Positions 34,745 through 48,916 are shown, numbered from the stretch's first letter. The stretch: 64,000 bases of DNA from Candidatus Eutrophovita brisbanensis (GCA_038147395.1 JAYQTM010000001.1:577437-641436); one strand, 5' to 3'. Notes: generated by a model from the letters alone, not told the origin. Translations and numbers: made by a program.

Positions 34745-35176
34745 GTGGCAAAGAAAGTAATCGGTTTCATCAAACTTCAAATTCCTGCGGGCAAGGCTAA
34801 TCCGAGTCCACCCGTAGGTCCGGCGCTTGGTCAGCGTGGTCTCAATATCATGGAGTTTTGTAAAGCATTCAATGCAAAAACTCAGACTTATGAGCCTGGT
34901 CTGCCGTTACCCGTTGTGATCACGGCATTTGCTGACAAAAGCTTTACGTTTATTGTCAAGACCCCACCAGCTTCAGTTCTCATCAAAAAAGCAATCAAGC
35001 TGGATAAAGGAAGTCCTCGCCCACACACCGATAAGGTTGGGAAAATCACTAAGGCCCAACTTGAGGAAATCGCTAAAGCAAAAATGGAAGATCTCAATGC
35101 AGGCGACATCGAGGCAGCCATAAGGATCATTGCCGGTAGCGCTAGAAGCATGGGCGTAGAAGTTGAGGGGAGCTAA
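34745..35176 (+). CDS. rplK: 50S ribosomal protein L11 (GTG start)
   Basis: [43 protein letters not shown]. Confidence 0.97.
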   Translation: MAKKVIGFIKLQIPAGKANPSPPVGPALGQRGLNIMEFCKAFNAKTQTYEPGLPLPVVITAFADKSFTFIVKTPPASVLIKKAIKLDKGSPRPHTDKVGKITKAQLEEIAKAKMEDLNAGDIEAAIRIIAGSARSMGVEVEGS

Positions 35177-35178
35177 AC

Positions 35179-35874
35179 ATGGGCAAAATTTCAAAGCGAT
35201 TTAAAAAAGTTAAAGAGACCGTGGACAGAAACAAATTCTACGGTTTGGATGAGGCGCTATCGTTGGCCAAACAAAACGCGAGTGCGAAATTTGACGAGTC
35301 AATTGATATAGCTGTCAACCTCGGAGTCGACGCAAGAAAATCTGACCAGCTTGTTCGCGGGTCTGTGGTCTTACCGAAGGGAACGGGTAAGACCGTTCGC
35401 GTTGCTGTTTTCGCGCAAGCGGACAAGGCAAGCGAAGCATCGGAGGCTGGAGCGGATATCGTAGGCTTTGAGGATTTGGCTGAAAAAGTGAAGTCGGGTC
35501 AGATGGATTTTGATGTCGTGATCGCAACACCTGATGCCATGAGGATCGTCGGTCAGTTGGGTCAAATTCTCGGCCCACGCGGCTTGATGCCAAACCCCAA
35601 GGTGGGAACTGTGACGCCTAATGTGTCTGAGGCGGTAAAGAATGCCAAAGCTGGACAGGTTCAGTTCAGGACCGATAAAGCCGGTATCGTTCATTGCACG
35701 ATTGGTAGGGCCTCATTCTCTGAGGCTGATTTGTTGGAAAACTTTAAGGCACTGATAGACGCATTGAATAAAAATAAGCCGAGCTCCTCCAAAGGGGTAT
35801 ATCTAAAGCGAGTCGCCCTATCTAGTACGATGGGTCCCGGACTTCGCTTGGATCAGGCGAGTTGGACAAACTAG
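35179..35874 (+). CDS. rplA: 50S ribosomal protein L1
   Basis: 231 aa. ...[44 protein letters not shown]... Lies between rplK and rplJ. Confidence 0.97.
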   Translation: MGKISKRFKKVKETVDRNKFYGLDEALSLAKQNASAKFDESIDIAVNLGVDARKSDQLVRGSVVLPKGTGKTVRVAVFAQADKASEASEAGADIVGFEDLAEKVKSGQMDFDVVIATPDAMRIVGQLGQILGPRGLMPNPKVGTVTPNVSEAVKNAKAGQVQFRTDKAGIVHCTIGRASFSEADLLENFKALIDALNKNKPSSSKGVYLKRVALSSTMGPGLRLDQASWTN

Positions 35875-36116
35875 ATACATAAGAACTTTGGTGCCGGACC
35901 ATGCTGATGAATGGTCCGGGCTGTCAAAGACCGTAGGTGTTTGAAAAAACCTAAACGACAGTCACTTGATTGTTGGCCTACGCAGATAGTGAAACCGAGG
36001 GCGAGTTTTTTCGATCTTTTGGAAATTTTCTTTAGATCTGATGCTTGTGCCAAGGAACGCTATTGAACGGGTGGTGGGGGTTGCTTACCCACTTTTGTTA
36101 ACAATAGGAGAGAAAC
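35875..36116 (+). promoter_or_regulatory. rplJL 5' leader region (possible L10-L12 autoregulatory leader and internal promoter)
   Basis: 242-nt untranslated gap in the position of the L10 leader. Contains a perfect 9-bp hairpin ccggaccat/atggtccgg (35894-35919) and further nested stems. Assignment rests on position and structure only. Confidence 0.35.
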
Positions 36117-36647
36117 TTGAGTCTCAATCGTAAAGAAAAAGAGGCTGTCGTCAAGGAAATCACAGATAAATTGTCTGCTGCTCAAACAGTTGTGTTGGCT
36201 GAGTACAGAGGGTTGACGGTGGATCAGATGACATCACTCAGAGTGAGCGCGCGTAACAACGGCGTGTACTTGCGAGTTCTCAAGAATACTTTGGCTAAGC
36301 TGGCAGTTAAGGACACCCCCTTTGAGGGGCTGTCAAATGACATGGTCGGTCCTCTTGCGTATGGCATTTCTGAGGACCCTGTCGCTGCCGCTAAGGTTCT
36401 CAGTGATTTTTCTAAAGACAACGATAAGTTCATCGTTAAATTAGGTGCGATGCCAAATCAAGTGATGTCTAGCGAAGACGTTGCAAAATTGGCAAAGATG
36501 CCTAGCCGCGAAGAGCTCTTGTCTAAATTGCTGGGTACGATGCAGGCCCCAATAGCGAAATTTGTCCAAACCCTTAATGAGGTGCCGACGAAGTTTGTGC
36601 GAGGCGTTGCAGCAGTCAGAGATTTGAAGGAACAAGAAGCCGCGTGA
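36117..36647 (+). CDS. rplJ: 50S ribosomal protein L10 (TTG start)
   Basis: [42 protein letters not shown]... aligns from residue 1 with E. coli L10. AGGAGAG lies upstream. Confidence 0.95.
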   Translation: MSLNRKEKEAVVKEITDKLSAAQTVVLAEYRGLTVDQMTSLRVSARNNGVYLRVLKNTLAKLAVKDTPFEGLSNDMVGPLAYGISEDPVAAAKVLSDFSKDNDKFIVKLGAMPNQVMSSEDVAKLAKMPSREELLSKLLGTMQAPIAKFVQTLNEVPTKFVRGVAAVRDLKEQEAA

Positions 36648-36699
36648 GCGTTGCTCTAAATAGTTTTTAAATTAAGTAAATTTTCAGGAGATAAGTGAA

Positions 36700-37086
36700 A
36701 TGGCTGTTGATAAAGCAGAAATTTTGGAAGCGATCTCAAGTATGTCAGTGCTTGAGTTGTCAGAGTTAATCAAGGAGATGGAAGAAAAGTTTGGCGTTTC
36801 AGCAGCAGCAGCAGCTGTTGCAGTAGCTGCCCCAGGTGCCGCCGCTGGTGGAGATGCAGCGGGTGGTGCAGAAAAAACTGAATTCGATGTCATCCTTGCC
36901 GGCGCCGGTGATAACAAGGTGGCGGTGATTAAGGCTGTTCGGGCTATTACCTCGCTTGGTCTTAAAGAAGCGAAGGACCTTGTGGACGGAGCTCCGAAGC
37001 CAATCAAAGAGGGTGTGTCGAAAGCTGAAGCTGACGACTTTAAAAAGCAGCTCGAAGAAGCTGGAGCATCTGTCGAGGTTAAATAA
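36700..37086 (+). CDS. rplL: 50S ribosomal protein L7/L12
   Basis: [38 protein letters not shown]...[39 protein letters not shown]. Confidence 0.97.
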   Translation: MAVDKAEILEAISSMSVLELSELIKEMEEKFGVSAAAAAVAVAAPGAAAGGDAAGGAEKTEFDVILAGAGDNKVAVIKAVRAITSLGLKEAKDLVDGAPKPIKEGVSKAEADDFKKQLEEAGASVEVK

Positions 37087-37103
37087 TCGAGACAATGATT
37101 TTT

Positions 37104-37129
37104 GGTGCTCGCCCGTGAGGGTGAGTACC
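37104..37129 (+). promoter_or_regulatory. Hairpin in rplL-rpoB spacer (possible attenuator/processing site)
   Basis: 11-bp stem ggtgctcgccc/gggtgagtacc (two G.U pairs) with a GTGA loop and no U tract. Same position as the E. coli rplL-rpoB attenuator. Confidence 0.3.
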
Positions 37130-37312
37130 ATCTAGCTTCACGGCGAGAATTTACCTAAAAGCGACACTTTTACGTAAATTTTTGCATTACTGTTGTTTGG
37201 TCGGGTTGGGTCACCAACTGTCCGCCAGAGGCTGGTAGAGGCCAGCCGCCAAACTTGTTTGAGTCAACTCAATTATCACAACCCATTTATTCGGGATCTT
37301 CACGGAGACACG

Positions 37313-40300
37313 ATGGCCTATTCTTACACTGAGAAAAAACGAATTCGAAAGAGTTTTGCCAAACGGCAGGGAGTTGCACCGGTTCCGTACCTGCTCGCGA
37401 CCCAACTCGAGTCGTATGAAACATTTTTGCAATCAGGTGTTCAAGAGGGTGAGCGGCAAAAGCTTGGGCTCCAAAGTGCGTTTGAATCAATCTTTCCCAT
37501 TGAGAGCCATTCTGGAAACGCTAGATTGGAATTTGTAAGTTACCAACTTGGCACTCCAGCGTTTGATGTTAAAGAGTGTCAGCAACGTGGGTTGACCTAT
37601 GCAGCTCCTCTTCGAGCTAAAGTTAGGCTGACACTGCTTGACAAAGATTCTCCCAAACAGTCGATTAAGGAAGCAAAGGAGCAGGTCGTTTACATGGGGG
37701 AAATCCCGTTAATGACATCAACCGGGTCGTTTGTCATCAACGGAACTGAGCGCGTTATCGTCTCTCAGCTTCACAGATCTCCGGGTGTTTTCTTTGAACA
37801 TGATCGAGGAAAAACCCACTCCTCTGGAAAATTACTTTTCTCGGCCCGCGTCATTCCTTACAGAGGCTCTTGGCTGGACTTCGAGTTTGATCCTAAAGAT
37901 CATCTGTACTTCCGAATCGACCGAAGGCGAAAACTGCCTGTCTCCATACTGCTCAAATCAATTGGCATGAGCGCTGAGGACATACTTGGTTTCTTTTACT
38001 CTTTTGATAAGTTTGATTTTGGCAAGAAAGGTGTTGAGTTTCATGTAAAACCTGAGCGGCTCCGTGGGGAAATCGCTCGTGTAGATATCAAGACCAAGCA
38101 GGGGAAGCTTATTGTCGAGACAGATAAGCGGATCACTGCGAAGCACGTCAGAGACATGATCGCTGCGAAAGTTGATCGTATTCCGGTAGAGCAAGATTTC
38201 TTGGTTGGCAGAATCTTGGCTAGAAATATCATTGATATTGATACTGGTGAGATCATTGCGGCAGCTAATGACGAATTGACGGAAGAGTTGATTGAGAAGC
38301 TTGTTGAAGCAAATATTGGAGAAATAGAGACGATTTACGTCAATGACCTAGATCAGGGCCCATTTATTTCTCAAACACTCAGAGCTGATGATACGCCCGA
38401 CCAACTTTCAGCCCAGGTGGCTATTTATCGGATGATGCGGCCAGGGGAGCCGCCCACTGAGGACGCCGTGAATTCTCTGTTTGGGGGGCTCTTTTACGCG
38501 CCAGAGCGATACGATTTATCTGCTGTGGGTCGAATGAAATTTAACCGTCGAGCCTACCCAGAGGTCGTTGATGACAAGGCTTCCGATTGGTTAAAGAATT
38601 TTTATGCGGAGGCGGAAAAAAATGGCGTGCCTCAAGATGGGATTCTTAGCAATGCAGACATATTGGCAGTCATTTCCATTCTCGTAGAACTGCGTAATGG
38701 TCGTGGAGACATTGACGACATTGATCATCTTGGGAACAGACGAGTTCGGTCTGTTGGCGAGCTTGCGGAGAACCAGTTTAGATCTGGTTTGGTGCGTGTG
38801 GAGCGAGCGGTTAGAGAACGGTTGTCTCAAGCTGAGTCAGAAAATTTGATGCCGCATGATCTTATTAATGCTAAGCCGGTGTCGGCAGCGGTTCGCGAAT
38901 TTTTCGGCTCATCGCAGTTATCGCAATTTATGGATCAAACGAACCCATTGTCCGAGATCACTCACAAACGTAGAGTATCGGCGTTAGGCCCTGGCGGTCT
39001 CACGAGAGAGAGGGCCGGATTCGAAGTGCGAGATGTTCATCCAACGCATTACGGGCGGGTTTGTCCGATTGAAACACCTGAGGGACCAAACATTGGTTTG
39101 ATCAATTCGCTTGCACTTTACGCTCGGACGAATGAGTACGGTTTCCTCGAAACACCATACATTCGAGTCAAAAATGGCAAGGTCACAGACCAGATCGAAT
39201 ATCTTTCTGCGATTGACGAGGGGCAACACATCATTGCGCAGGCGAACGCGTCTTACGATAAGAATGGTAAATTGACTGACGAGCTGGTCTCTTCGCGTCA
39301 TAAAGGCGAATTCACGCTTGTCGCGCCAGACCGTGTGGATATGATGGATGTGGCGCCATCCCAAATCGTATCAGTGGCTGCATCTTTGATTCCGTTTCTA
39401 GAGCATGATGATGCCAATCGAGCCTTGATGGGATCGAATATGCAGAGACAGGCGGTCCCAACATTGAGGGCGGAGAAAGCGCTTGTTGGTACGGGAATCG
39501 AGCGAACTGTCGCGGTGGATTCTGGAACTGCAGTGCAGGCGGATCGAGGCGGCTTGGTAGATTACGTTGACGCTTCGCGAATAGTTATTCGCGTTAATGA
39601 TGACGAGACGCGTGCGGGTGATGTCGGTGTAGACATTTACAACCTTGTCAAGTACACGCGGTCCAACCAGAACACCAACATCAATCAACGGCCAATTGTT
39701 AAGCCGGGTGACGTCATCGCGCGCGGCGACGTCATCGCTGATGGCGCCTCGACTGATTTAGGAGAACTTGCCCTGGGGCAGAATCTGCTTGTCGCTTTCA
39801 TGCCTTGGAACGGATACAACTTCGAGGATTCGATCTTGATTTCAGAGAGAATCGTTGCTGAGGATAGATTTACTTCGATCCACATCGAGGAGTTGTCTGT
39901 TGTGGCCCGAGATACTAAGCTCGGCACCGAGGAAATCACTCGAGATATTTCCAACTTATCTGAAGCTCAGCTAGGCCGACTGGACGAATCCGGCATTGTG
40001 TATATTGGCGCTGAGGTTCGGGCAGGAGATGTGCTGGTCGGTAAAGTGACTCCAAAGGGAGAAACTCAGCTCACCCCAGAGGAAAAGCTGCTAAGAGCAA
40101 TATTCGGTGAAAAAGCGTCGGACGTTAAGGACACGTCGCTTCGAGTACCATCAGGTATGGCCGGTACCGTTATTGATGTTCAAGTCTTTACTCGAGAGGG
40201 CGTTGACCGTGATGCGCGAGCTCAAACGATCGTCGATGATGAACTTGGGCGCTACCGACAAGACTTATCTGACCAGATGCGCATCGTCGAGAACGACGCT

Positions 40301-41446
40301 TTTGGAAGGCTTGAGAGGTTGTTGACGGGTAAGGTCGCCAATGGTGGACCTAATAAACTCAAAAGTGGCTCGAAGGTCACAAAAGCGTACTTAGAGGAGT
40401 TGAACCGATATGATTGGTTTGACATCAGACTAGCTAACGACGCTGCCGCTCAACAAATTGAGCAGATCAAAGAGGGTTTAGAGCAGGCTCGTTTGGATTT
40501 TGACGCTCGTTTTGACGAGAAGCAGAAGAAGTTGACGTCTGGTGATGAGCTACCGCCGGGTGTTCAGAAAATGGTCAAGGTCTATTTGGCGGTCAAACGC
40601 CGATTGCAGCCTGGCGACAAGATGGCGGGTCGACACGGTAATAAAGGGGTTATATCCAAGATCGTTCCGGTCGAGGATATGCCACACACAGCTGACGGAA
40701 CTCCAATGGACATCGTACTGAATCCACTCGGCGTTCCCTCTCGAATGAATGTGGGGCAAATTCTTGAAACACATCTTGGTTGGGCTGCGAAGGGTCTTGG
40801 GCAAAAAATCGGAGCTATGCTCACGGCTAAAGCCAAGATAGGAGAGCTTCGAGCATTCTTGGATAAGGTTTATAACACCAGTGGGAAGAATGAGGACATT
40901 GGGGAGCTTTCGGATCAAGAGGTTTTGGATCTTGCCTCGCAGCTCTCGAAAGGTGTTCCTTTTGCAACTCCGGTTTTTGATGGTGCGCATGAATCGGAAA
41001 TAAGACAGATGCTGGAGTTGGCTGACCTTCCTTCGACGGGACAAATAGCGCTTATCGATGGTCGAACTGGGGATAGGTTTGACCAGGAGGTCACTGTTGG
41101 ATATATGCACGTATTGAAGTTGCACCACTTGGTAGACGATAAGATGCACGCGCGGTCTACTGGGCCTTACTCCTTGGTTACACAACAACCTCTTGGAGGC
41201 AAAGCGCAGTTTGGAGGTCAGAGATTCGGTGAGATGGAGGTCTGGGCTCTCGAGGCTTATGGCGCTTCGTATACGTTGCAGGAGATGTTGACCGTTAAAT
41301 CCGACGACGTGAGTGGAAGAACGAAGGTATATGAAAATATCGTCAAAGGTGAGCATAAGATCGACGCTGGGATGCCAGAATCTTTCAATGTTCTAGTTAA
41401 AGAAATCAGGTCGCTAGTCATCGATATCGATCTCGATCGCGGCTAA
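37313..41446 (+). CDS. rpoB: DNA-directed RNA polymerase beta subunit
   Basis: The conserved start [21 protein letters not shown] at ATG 37313 is preceded by GGAG; the track's 37193 start is an upstream in-frame extension. 1377 aa. Confidence 0.98.
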   Translation: MAYSYTEKKRIRKSFAKRQGVAPVPYLLATQLESYETFLQSGVQEGERQKLGLQSAFESIFPIESHSGNARLEFVSYQLGTPAFDVKECQQRGLTYAAPLRAKVRLTLLDKDSPKQSIKEAKEQVVYMGEIPLMTSTGSFVINGTERVIVSQLHRSPGVFFEHDRGKTHSSGKLLFSARVIPYRGSWLDFEFDPKDHLYFRIDRRRKLPVSILLKSIGMSAEDILGFFYSFDKFDFGKKGVEFHVKPERLRGEIARVDIKTKQGKLIVETDKRITAKHVRDMIAAKVDRIPVEQDFLVGRILARNIIDIDTGEIIAAANDELTEELIEKLVEANIGEIETIYVNDLDQGPFISQTLRADDTPDQLSAQVAIYRMMRPGEPPTEDAVNSLFGGLFYAPERYDLSAVGRMKFNRRAYPEVVDDKASDWLKNFYAEAEKNGVPQDGILSNADILAVISILVELRNGRGDIDDIDHLGNRRVRSVGELAENQFRSGLVRVERAVRERLSQAESENLMPHDLINAKPVSAAVREFFGSSQLSQFMDQTNPLSEITHKRRVSALGPGGLTRERAGFEVRDVHPTHYGRVCPIETPEGPNIGLINSLALYARTNEYGFLETPYIRVKNGKVTDQIEYLSAIDEGQHIIAQANASYDKNGKLTDELVSSRHKGEFTLVAPDRVDMMDVAPSQIVSVAASLIPFLEHDDANRALMGSNMQRQAVPTLRAEKALVGTGIERTVAVDSGTAVQADRGGLVDYVDASRIVIRVNDDETRAGDVGVDIYNLVKYTRSNQNTNINQRPIVKPGDVIARGDVIADGASTDLGELALGQNLLVAFMPWNGYNFEDSILISERIVAEDRFTSIHIEELSVVARDTKLGTEEITRDISNLSEAQLGRLDESGIVYIGAEVRAGDVLVGKVTPKGETQLTPEEKLLRAIFGEKASDVKDTSLRVPSGMAGTVIDVQVFTREGVDRDARAQTIVDDELGRYRQDLSDQMRIVENDAFGRLERLLTGKVANGGPNKLKSGSKVTKAYLEELNRYDWFDIRLANDAAAQQIEQIKEGLEQARLDFDARFDEKQKKLTSGDELPPGVQKMVKVYLAVKRRLQPGDKMAGRHGNKGVISKIVPVEDMPHTADGTPMDIVLNPLGVPSRMNVGQILETHLGWAAKGLGQKIGAMLTAKAKIGELRAFLDKVYNTSGKNEDIGELSDQEVLDLASQLSKGVPFATPVFDGAHESEIRQMLELADLPSTGQIALIDGRTGDRFDQEVTVGYMHVLKLHHLVDDKMHARSTGPYSLVTQQPLGGKAQFGGQRFGEMEVWALEAYGASYTLQEMLTVKSDDVSGRTKVYENIVKGEHKIDAGMPESFNVLVKEIRSLVIDIDLDRG

Positions 41447-41491
41447 TTTTATTCACATTCTTTATCGAGCGAATTTTATAAGGGACACACA

Positions 41492-44400
41492 ATGAAAACT
41501 TTGATGGATCTATTCAAGCAGGTCAATCAAGAGGAAGACTTTGACGCAATTCGTATTGGGCTGGCTTCGCCTGAGAAAATACGTTCTTGGTCGTATGGTG
41601 AGGTCAAGAAACCCGAGACGATTAACTATCGCACTTTCAAGCCAGAAAGAGACGGTTTGTTCTGTGCCAAGATATTCGGTCCAGTAAAGGACTATGAGTG
41701 CCTTTGTGGTAAGTACAAACGACTGAAGCATCGGGGAGTTATTTGTGAGAAGTGTGGTGTTGAAGTCACACTCTCGAAGGTAAGACGCGAGCGAATGGCA
41801 CACATTGAGCTCGCATCTCCTGTTGCTCACATTTGGTTTTTAAAGTCACTACCTTCCCGACTTGGCATCGTTCTAGACATTCCACTTCGGGATATTGAAC
41901 GTGTGCTTTATTTCGAAGCTTATATCGTGACACATCCTGGCATGACCCCGCTGAATAAGGGCGATCTCCTATCCGAAGAGAATTATTTAGAGAAATTTGA
42001 AGAGTTCGGAGATGAATTTACCGCTGTGATGGGTGCTGAAGGTATCCGAGAGCTTCTAAAAAATATCGATATCGCCGGAGAGATTGAGAAGCTACGGGAA
42101 GAGCTTAGCCAAACAGAGTCGGATACTAAGATCAAGAAGATCGCTAAAAGATTGAAGGTCTTAGAGGCGTTCCACAAATCTGGGATCAAGCCAGAGTGGA
42201 TGATTATGGAGGTTTTGCCGGTACTTCCGCCGGATCTAAGGCCACTCGTTCCACTAGATGGCGGGCGCTTTGCAACCTCAGACTTAAACGACTTATATCG
42301 TCGCGTGATTAACAGAAACAATCGCTTGAAGCGGCTACTAGAGCTTAAGGCTCCTGAAATCATTTGTCGCAACGAAAAGAGGATGCTCCAGGAGTCGGTG
42401 GATTCCTTATTGGATAATGGACGCCGTGGCAAAGCCATGACAGGAGCTAACAAACGTCCTCTGAAATCGCTGGCTGACATGATTAAGGGCAAGGGTGGTC
42501 GTTTCCGACAAAACTTATTAGGCAAGCGCGTGGATTATTCCGGCCGTTCGGTTATTGTTGTGGGCCCGCAATTAAAGCTTCACCAGTGTGGCCTTCCGAA
42601 AAAAATGGCGCTTGAACTATTTAAGCCATTTATCTTTCACAAGTTGGAGATTCTTGGACTCGCAACTACCATCAAGGCTGCGAAACGCTTAGTTGAGCAA
42701 GAGGTGCCAGAGGTTTGGGATATTCTCGAGGATGTTATCCGAGAGCATCCCGTGCTCTTGAATCGTGCGCCAACTCTTCACCGGTTGGGCATTCAAGCGT
42801 TTGAACCGGTTCTTATTGAAGGCAAGGCGATCCAGCTTCATCCATTGGTTTGTGCGGCGTTCAATGCTGACTTTGACGGCGATCAAATGGCGGTTCATGT
42901 CCCTTTGTCGTTAGAGGCTCAAATGGAGGCTCGAACGTTGATGATGGCGTCTAACAATGTGCTCTCTCCGGCCAATGGCGAGCCAATCATCGTCCCTTCT
43001 CAAGATATCGTCCTAGGACTTTATTACATGACGAGAGAAAAAATGGGTGCCAAAGGGGAAGGTATGCGTTTTTCCAACGTCACTGAAGCAAGGCGAGCGT
43101 ATGACAACGGAGAAATTGACCTGCAAGCGTCTTGTGAGGTTCGTATCTCCGAACATCGAATTGACGATGGCGGTAATGTTCAAGAAAGAGTCAACCGATA
43201 CAAGACGACCGTTGGCCGTTCATTCTTATCCGAGATACTGCCCAAGGGCTTATCATTTGAAATCCTGAATAAGGCTTTGAAGAAAAAAGAAATATCGAAA
43301 CTCATTAATGCGAGTTTCAGAGATTGCGGCACTCGAGAGACGGTTATATTCGCAGATAAATTGATGTACACGGGATTTAGCTTTGCGACCAGGGCCGGAC
43401 TCTCATTCGCTGTTAAAGATATGGAAATCCCCGAGGACAAGGAAAGAATCTTGTCAGAGGCAGAAGAAGAAGTTAAGGAAATTGAGGGTCAGTACACTTC
43501 TGGTCTGGTTACTCAGGGCGAGCGTTATAACAAGGTGGTAGATATTTGGGGGCGAGCCGGGGACGTCGTTGCAAAAGCAATGATGGACCGTTTAGGTAAA
43601 GAGCCGGTCAAAAAATGGAATGTAAGTACCAACTCTTGGGAATCATACAAAGACGAAAAAGGCCAAGAGGTATTCCAAGAATCATTTAATTCCATTTATA
43701 TGATGGCCGATTCTGGCGCGCGTGGATCTGCGGCGCAGATAAGGCAGCTCGCCGGGATGCGTGGTCTGATGGCAAAGCCAGATGGATCCATTATTGAGAC
43801 GCCAATCACAGCGAACTTCAGAGAAGGGCTCAACGTTCTTCAGTACTTCATTTCGACTCATGGAGCACGTAAAGGCTTGGCGGATACTGCGTTGAAAACC
43901 GCAAATTCCGGTTACCTCACTAGACGGTTGGTTGATGTGACTCAGGATTTGGTCGTTGTAGAAGACGACTGTGGTACCGCAAACGGCTTCACCATGAAAG
44001 CCTTAATTGAGGGGGGAGAGGTTGTTGAGCCTCTTGGCGAGAGAATACTTGGCCGAGTAGTTGCTGAAGATTTGATCGATCCTGAAAATGGTGCACTACT
44101 CGCAACCGCCGGGACTTTGTTTGATGAGAGTCTCGTCAATCGAGTTGAAAACAGCGGTGTTGATGAGGTCAAAGTCAGAACGCCGCTTACGTGTGAAACA
44201 CGTTATGGACTCTGCGCTAAGTGCTACGGAAGAGATCTTGGGCGTGGTAACCTCGTCAGCTCCGGTGAGTCTGTCGGTGTGATAGCGGCTCAATCAATTG
44301 GCGAGCCAGGCACGCAATTGACGATGAGAACCTTCCATATCGGAGGCGCTGCGTCCCGAACTGCGGTAGCCAGCCAAATCGAGTCGAAATCCAAGGGTGT

Positions 44401-45739
44401 TGTTAAGTTCTCTGCTCAAATGCGATATGTTACGAATGAGCGGGGCGAGAAAGTGGTTATTTCTCGGTCGGGCGAGATCGTCGTGCATGATGACGTTGGG
44501 CGTGAGCGTGAACGACACAAAGTGCCCTATGGCGCGCTTTTGCATATCAGTGACGGTAGTTCTGAGAGTGCTGGTAAGGTGCTCGCTAATTGGGATCCTC
44601 ACACCCGACCCATCATCACTGAATATTCCGGAACCGTGCGGTTCGAGAACGTAGAAGAGGGTGTGACCGTCACAAGGCAAATTGATGACATTACTGGTTT
44701 GTCTACGCTCGTCGTCACTGACCCAAAGCGCAGCTCATCCAGTCAAGGTAAGTCCTCTAGACCGAGTGTTCGACTTGTTGACGATGAAGGGGAGGAGATC
44801 AAAATTGCTGGGACTGATACTCCGGTAAATATTACTGTACCTGTAAATTCAGTGATCACAGTCAAAAACGGTCAAAAAGTCGGTATCGGTGAAGTTTTAG
44901 CTCGAATCCCGCAGGAGAGTTCAAAAACCCGAGACATTACGGGAGGTCTACCCCGTGTTGCTGAGTTGTTTGAGGCACGCTCACCAAAGGATTCAGGAGT
45001 CCTAGCTGCGGTGACTGGTGCAGTATCCTTCGGTAAAGACACCAAAGGGAAGCAACGGTTGGTTATTACTGACAGCGATGGAGTTTCCCACGAATTTTTG
45101 ATCCCTAAAGACAAGCACGTGTTAGTTCATGAGGGCCAGCTAGTCAATGTTGGAGAGATGATCGTTGATGGGCCGCCAGACCCACATGAGATTCTTAAGT
45201 TATTAGGAATTGAGGCGCTCGCTCGATTTATTATTGATGAGGTCCAGGACGTATACCGGCTACAAGGGGTGCGCATCAACGATAAGCACATCGAAGTCAT
45301 TGTTCGGCAGATGTTGAGACGTGTGACCATATCTGATTCGGGGCATTCTGAGTTCATTCAAGGTGAGCAGGTCGAGAGGTCCGAGGTGTTGGCCGCAAAC
45401 GAAGAGCTTGTCTCTGAGGGTAAAACCCCAGCTTCGTTCGACAATATCCTTCTCGGTATTACCAAGGCTTCCCTCTCAACCGATTCCTTTATATCAGCCG
45501 CCTCGTTCCAAGAAACTACTCGAGTGCTGACAGAAGCTGCGATTATGGGCAAAAAGGACGATCTACGAGGACTTAAGGAAAACGTCATTGTGGGTCGCTT
45601 GATCCCCGCTGGAACTGGGCTCGCGTATCACAGGACGAGAAAGCGAGCCCCTGAGCCTGATCTTTTTGCCGATATATCGGAAGATTCCAGTGAATCGGCA
45701 GAGGAAAGTTCGGAGAGTGAAAACGAAGCGGCGGCTTGA
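41492..45739 (+). CDS. rpoC: DNA-directed RNA polymerase beta' subunit
   Basis: [48 protein letters not shown]..., [12 protein letters not shown] catalytic loop. 1415 aa. Confidence 0.98.
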   Translation: MKTLMDLFKQVNQEEDFDAIRIGLASPEKIRSWSYGEVKKPETINYRTFKPERDGLFCAKIFGPVKDYECLCGKYKRLKHRGVICEKCGVEVTLSKVRRERMAHIELASPVAHIWFLKSLPSRLGIVLDIPLRDIERVLYFEAYIVTHPGMTPLNKGDLLSEENYLEKFEEFGDEFTAVMGAEGIRELLKNIDIAGEIEKLREELSQTESDTKIKKIAKRLKVLEAFHKSGIKPEWMIMEVLPVLPPDLRPLVPLDGGRFATSDLNDLYRRVINRNNRLKRLLELKAPEIICRNEKRMLQESVDSLLDNGRRGKAMTGANKRPLKSLADMIKGKGGRFRQNLLGKRVDYSGRSVIVVGPQLKLHQCGLPKKMALELFKPFIFHKLEILGLATTIKAAKRLVEQEVPEVWDILEDVIREHPVLLNRAPTLHRLGIQAFEPVLIEGKAIQLHPLVCAAFNADFDGDQMAVHVPLSLEAQMEARTLMMASNNVLSPANGEPIIVPSQDIVLGLYYMTREKMGAKGEGMRFSNVTEARRAYDNGEIDLQASCEVRISEHRIDDGGNVQERVNRYKTTVGRSFLSEILPKGLSFEILNKALKKKEISKLINASFRDCGTRETVIFADKLMYTGFSFATRAGLSFAVKDMEIPEDKERILSEAEEEVKEIEGQYTSGLVTQGERYNKVVDIWGRAGDVVAKAMMDRLGKEPVKKWNVSTNSWESYKDEKGQEVFQESFNSIYMMADSGARGSAAQIRQLAGMRGLMAKPDGSIIETPITANFREGLNVLQYFISTHGARKGLADTALKTANSGYLTRRLVDVTQDLVVVEDDCGTANGFTMKALIEGGEVVEPLGERILGRVVAEDLIDPENGALLATAGTLFDESLVNRVENSGVDEVKVRTPLTCETRYGLCAKCYGRDLGRGNLVSSGESVGVIAAQSIGEPGTQLTMRTFHIGGAASRTAVASQIESKSKGVVKFSAQMRYVTNERGEKVVISRSGEIVVHDDVGRERERHKVPYGALLHISDGSSESAGKVLANWDPHTRPIITEYSGTVRFENVEEGVTVTRQIDDITGLSTLVVTDPKRSSSSQGKSSRPSVRLVDDEGEEIKIAGTDTPVNITVPVNSVITVKNGQKVGIGEVLARIPQESSKTRDITGGLPRVAELFEARSPKDSGVLAAVTGAVSFGKDTKGKQRLVITDSDGVSHEFLIPKDKHVLVHEGQLVNVGEMIVDGPPDPHEILKLLGIEALARFIIDEVQDVYRLQGVRINDKHIEVIVRQMLRRVTISDSGHSEFIQGEQVERSEVLAANEELVSEGKTPASFDNILLGITKASLSTDSFISAASFQETTRVLTEAAIMGKKDDLRGLKENVIVGRLIPAGTGLAYHRTRKRAPEPDLFADISEDSSESAEESSESENEAAA

Positions 45740-45748
45740 CATTAAGAT

Positions 45749-45777
45749 GGCGGGGTCTTAGAATCCCCCGTCTTTTT
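45749..45777 (+). terminator. Rho-independent terminator after rpoC
   Basis: 7-bp G/C-rich stem ggcgggg/ccccgtc (one G.U pair), 10-nt loop, then TTTTT (45773-45777). Confidence 0.5.
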
Positions 45778-45878
45778 CCTGGTGAGAGCCGCCGGGATAA
45801 TAAGTTGAACACGGCCTGGTTTTGGCAGTTGTCCCTCACCAGGCCTTAATTTATAGATTTAGGACCTAAGGTAATAAT

Positions 45879-46253
45879 ATGCCCACTATTAATCAGCTGG
45901 TGCGTAAAGGTAGATCCGTGCCGATCGCGAAGAGCAAAGTGCCAGCGCTCGGAGGAGCTCCTGCCAAGCGCGGTGTGTGCACTCGTGTCTACACGACGAC
46001 ACCCAAGAAACCAAACTCGGCGCTAAGAAAAGTAGCGAAAGTTAAACTCACGACTGGTTTCGAAGTGATTAGCTACATCGGTGGTGAAGGTCATAACCTC
46101 CAAGAGCACTCCGTTGTGCTGATACGCGGCGGCCGTGTTAAAGACTTGCCTGGTGTGCGATACCACGTTGTTCGCGGAAGTTTAGATACGCAGGGCGTTA
46201 AGGATAGAAAACAGGCGCGCTCAAAGTATGGTGCGAAACGCGCCAAAGGTTAA
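45879..46253 (+). CDS. rpsL: 30S ribosomal protein S12
   Basis: [24 protein letters not shown]...[18 protein letters not shown]... Confidence 0.98.
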   Translation: MPTINQLVRKGRSVPIAKSKVPALGGAPAKRGVCTRVYTTTPKKPNSALRKVAKVKLTTGFEVISYIGGEGHNLQEHSVVLIRGGRVKDLPGVRYHVVRGSLDTQGVKDRKQARSKYGAKRAKG

Positions 46254-46281
46254 TTAACTAGGAAAGAATCAAGAGGTTTCA

Positions 46282-46752
46282 ATGCCAAGACGTCGTGAAG
46301 TTCCAAAAAGAGAAACGTTGCCGGATCCAAAATACCACAACCAAGAGGTTGCGAAATTCATGAATGTAATCATGACGCGCGGTAAGAAATCGGTTGCAGA
46401 GCGAATTGTTTATGGCGCCTTCACCCATATAGAAAAAGTTGGGAAATCAGACCCTCTAGAAATTTTCAATAGCGCTCTTGCCAATGTCAGGCCGCTCGTA
46501 GAGGTGAAGTCGAGACGTGTTGGCGGTGCGAACTACCAGGTTCCCGTCGAAGTGAGGCCCTCTCGCAGGAACGCCTTGGCAATGCGCTGGCTAAGAGAGT
46601 CTGCTCGCGCACGAAGCGAAAAATCGATGGCTGCGCGATTGGGGAATGAGCTCAAAGAGGCGGCAGAGGGCCGAGGTGGAGCGGTGAAGAAGAAGGATGA
46701 AGTTCACCGTATGGCAGAGGCAAACAAAGCGTTCTCGCATTTCCGTTTTTAA
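46282..46752 (+). CDS. rpsG: 30S ribosomal protein S7
   Basis: [28 protein letters not shown]...[24 protein letters not shown]. Confidence 0.98.
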   Translation: MPRRREVPKRETLPDPKYHNQEVAKFMNVIMTRGKKSVAERIVYGAFTHIEKVGKSDPLEIFNSALANVRPLVEVKSRRVGGANYQVPVEVRPSRRNALAMRWLRESARARSEKSMAARLGNELKEAAEGRGGAVKKKDEVHRMAEANKAFSHFRF

Positions 46753-46773
46753 ACTGACACGTTTTTAAGATTT

Positions 46774-48864
46774 ATGGCTCGCACAACACCAATCAATCGT
46801 TATCGAAACATCGGTATCAGCGCACACATTGACGCTGGCAAAACCACTACAACCGAGAGAATTCTTTTCTATACCGGTGTGTCACACAAAATCGGTGAGG
46901 TTCACGACGGCGCTGCTGTCATGGACTGGATGGCCCAAGAGCGGGAGCGTGGCATCACGATCACCTCTGCAGCGACGACTTGTTTCTGGCGGGGAATGGA
47001 CGGAAATCTTCCTGAGCATCGGATCAATATTATTGATACGCCTGGGCACGTTGATTTTACTATCGAGGTTGAGCGCTCGATGCGTGTTCTTGATGGCGCG
47101 TGTATGGTCTATTGTGCCGTGGGCGGTGTCCAGCCGCAGTCGGAAACGGTTTGGCGTCAGGCGAATAAATACCGGGTGCCGAGAATGGCATTTGTTAACA
47201 AGATGGATCGACAGGGAGCTAACTTCTTCAAAGTGTACGACCAAATGCGTGCTCGTTTGAAAGCCAATCCCGTGTTGATGCAAATTCCGATTGGAGCTGA
47301 GGAAGGCTTTGAGGGCGTTGTTGACCTCGTTAAAATGAAAGCGATTTATTGGGACGAAGCGACAGCTGGAACCAAGTACGAAGAGCGAGAGATTCCTGCC
47401 GAATTACAGGCTCAGGCTGACGAGTGGCGCGAGAAGCTTGTCGAAGCTGCCGCTGAATCCAGTGAGGAGCTGATGGAGAAGTACCTTGAGGAGGGAGATC
47501 TAACTCTAGAGGAGATTCAAAAAGGTATCAGAACACGAACAATTGCCACAGAAATCGTACCGATGATGTGCGGTACTGCATTCAAAAATAAAGGTGTTCA
47601 GGCAATGCTGGACGGTGTGGTTGACTATCTGCCGTCCCCTGTGGATATCCCCGACGTTAAGGGAGAGACCGAGGCAGGTGATCCTGCTTCTCGAAAGGCG
47701 GATGACGCAGATTCATTCTCGGCCCTGTCTTTCAAAATCATGACCGATCCTTACGTCGGACAACTGATTTTCTTTAGGGTTTACTCGGGAGTTGTTAATG
47801 CGGGTGACACCATCTATAACCCAATCAAAGGGAAAAAGGAGCGTATCGGTCGGATTCTTCAGATGCACGCGAACAATCGGGAAGAATTGAAAGAGGTTCG
47901 AGCAGGGGATATTGCAGCGGCTGTTGGTCTGAAGGATGCCACGACTGGCGACTCGATTTGTGATCCATCCAAGCCGATCATTCTTGAACGCATGGAGTTC
48001 CCTGAGCCAGTTATCTCGCAAGCAGTCGAGCCGAAAACTAAGAGTGATCAGGAAAAAATGGGAATCGCGCTTGGTCGTCTAGCGCAGGAAGATCCGTCGT
48101 TTCGGGTTAAGACCGACGAAGAGTCGGGTCAGACGATTATCTCGGGAATGGGTGAATTACACCTCGAGATTCTTGTGGATCGGATGAAACGAGAGTTCGG
48201 CGTTGAAGCGAATATCGGAAAGCCTCAGGTTGCTTACAGAGAAGCCATTAAGCAAACCGTTGACATTGAAGGGAAATTCGTTAAGCAAAGTGGCGGTAAA
48301 GGCCAATATGGGCATGTGTGGCTCAAGATGGAGCCATCAGAGCAAGGACAAGGATTTGAGTTCGTTGACGCCATTAAGGGTGGAGTGGTTCCGAAAGACT
48401 ACATCCCTGCTGTTCAAAAGGGCCTTACGGAGGCAATGACATCCGGAGTTGTGGCGGGTTATCCAGTTGTTGATGTGAAAGTCACGCTGTTTGATGGCTC
48501 CTACCACGAAGTCGATTCATCTGAGAACGCGTTTAAAATGGCTGCAATCTTAGCGTTTAAGGACGGTATGCGGAAAGCCAACGCGGCACTGCTTGAGCCG
48601 ATCATGGCTGTTGAGGTCGAAACGCCAGAAGAGAAGATGGGTGACGTTATGGGCGATTTATCCTCGAGAAGAGGGACCATACAGGGCATGGAAGATATGG
48701 CAGGGGGCGGTAAGGCGGTTAAGGCCGAGGTGCCTTTGTCAGAAATGTTTGGCTACTCAACAACATTGCGTTCTCTTACCCAGGGAAGGGCAACTTACTC
48801 GATGGAATTCAAGCACTACTCCGAGGCACCGAAGAGCGTTGCTGAGGCTGTTGTAAACAAATAA
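46774..48864 (+). CDS. fusA: Elongation factor G
   Basis: [35 protein letters not shown]..., 696 aa. Lies between rpsG and tuf. Confidence 0.98.
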   Translation: MARTTPINRYRNIGISAHIDAGKTTTTERILFYTGVSHKIGEVHDGAAVMDWMAQERERGITITSAATTCFWRGMDGNLPEHRINIIDTPGHVDFTIEVERSMRVLDGACMVYCAVGGVQPQSETVWRQANKYRVPRMAFVNKMDRQGANFFKVYDQMRARLKANPVLMQIPIGAEEGFEGVVDLVKMKAIYWDEATAGTKYEEREIPAELQAQADEWREKLVEAAAESSEELMEKYLEEGDLTLEEIQKGIRTRTIATEIVPMMCGTAFKNKGVQAMLDGVVDYLPSPVDIPDVKGETEAGDPASRKADDADSFSALSFKIMTDPYVGQLIFFRVYSGVVNAGDTIYNPIKGKKERIGRILQMHANNREELKEVRAGDIAAAVGLKDATTGDSICDPSKPIILERMEFPEPVISQAVEPKTKSDQEKMGIALGRLAQEDPSFRVKTDEESGQTIISGMGELHLEILVDRMKREFGVEANIGKPQVAYREAIKQTVDIEGKFVKQSGGKGQYGHVWLKMEPSEQGQGFEFVDAIKGGVVPKDYIPAVQKGLTEAMTSGVVAGYPVVDVKVTLFDGSYHEVDSSENAFKMAAILAFKDGMRKANAALLEPIMAVEVETPEEKMGDVMGDLSSRRGTIQGMEDMAGGGKAVKAEVPLSEMFGYSTTLRSLTQGRATYSMEFKHYSEAPKSVAEAVVNK

Positions 48865-48916
48865 ATAACGGTATTAATTCTTCAAACATAAAATTAAATT
48901 TAGTTAAGAGGACATC

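Noticed and set aside
40550-41356. 268-aa minus-strand ORF
   Set aside because: Antisense to the most conserved part of rpoB. It has no family resemblance. Long antisense ORFs are common in highly constrained genes. The same applies to 41983-42525 (antisense to rpoC), 56650-57069, 58566-59009 and 61719-62243 (antisense to r-protein genes).
45778-45843. Long-range inverted repeat cctggtgag ... ctcaccagg between rpoC and rpsL as a mobile-element end or riboswitch
   Set aside because: It is a single 9-bp pair with a ~45-nt loop in a leader region, with no flanking repeats or ORF. Most simply it is mRNA leader secondary structure of the str operon, and the evidence is too weak to call.
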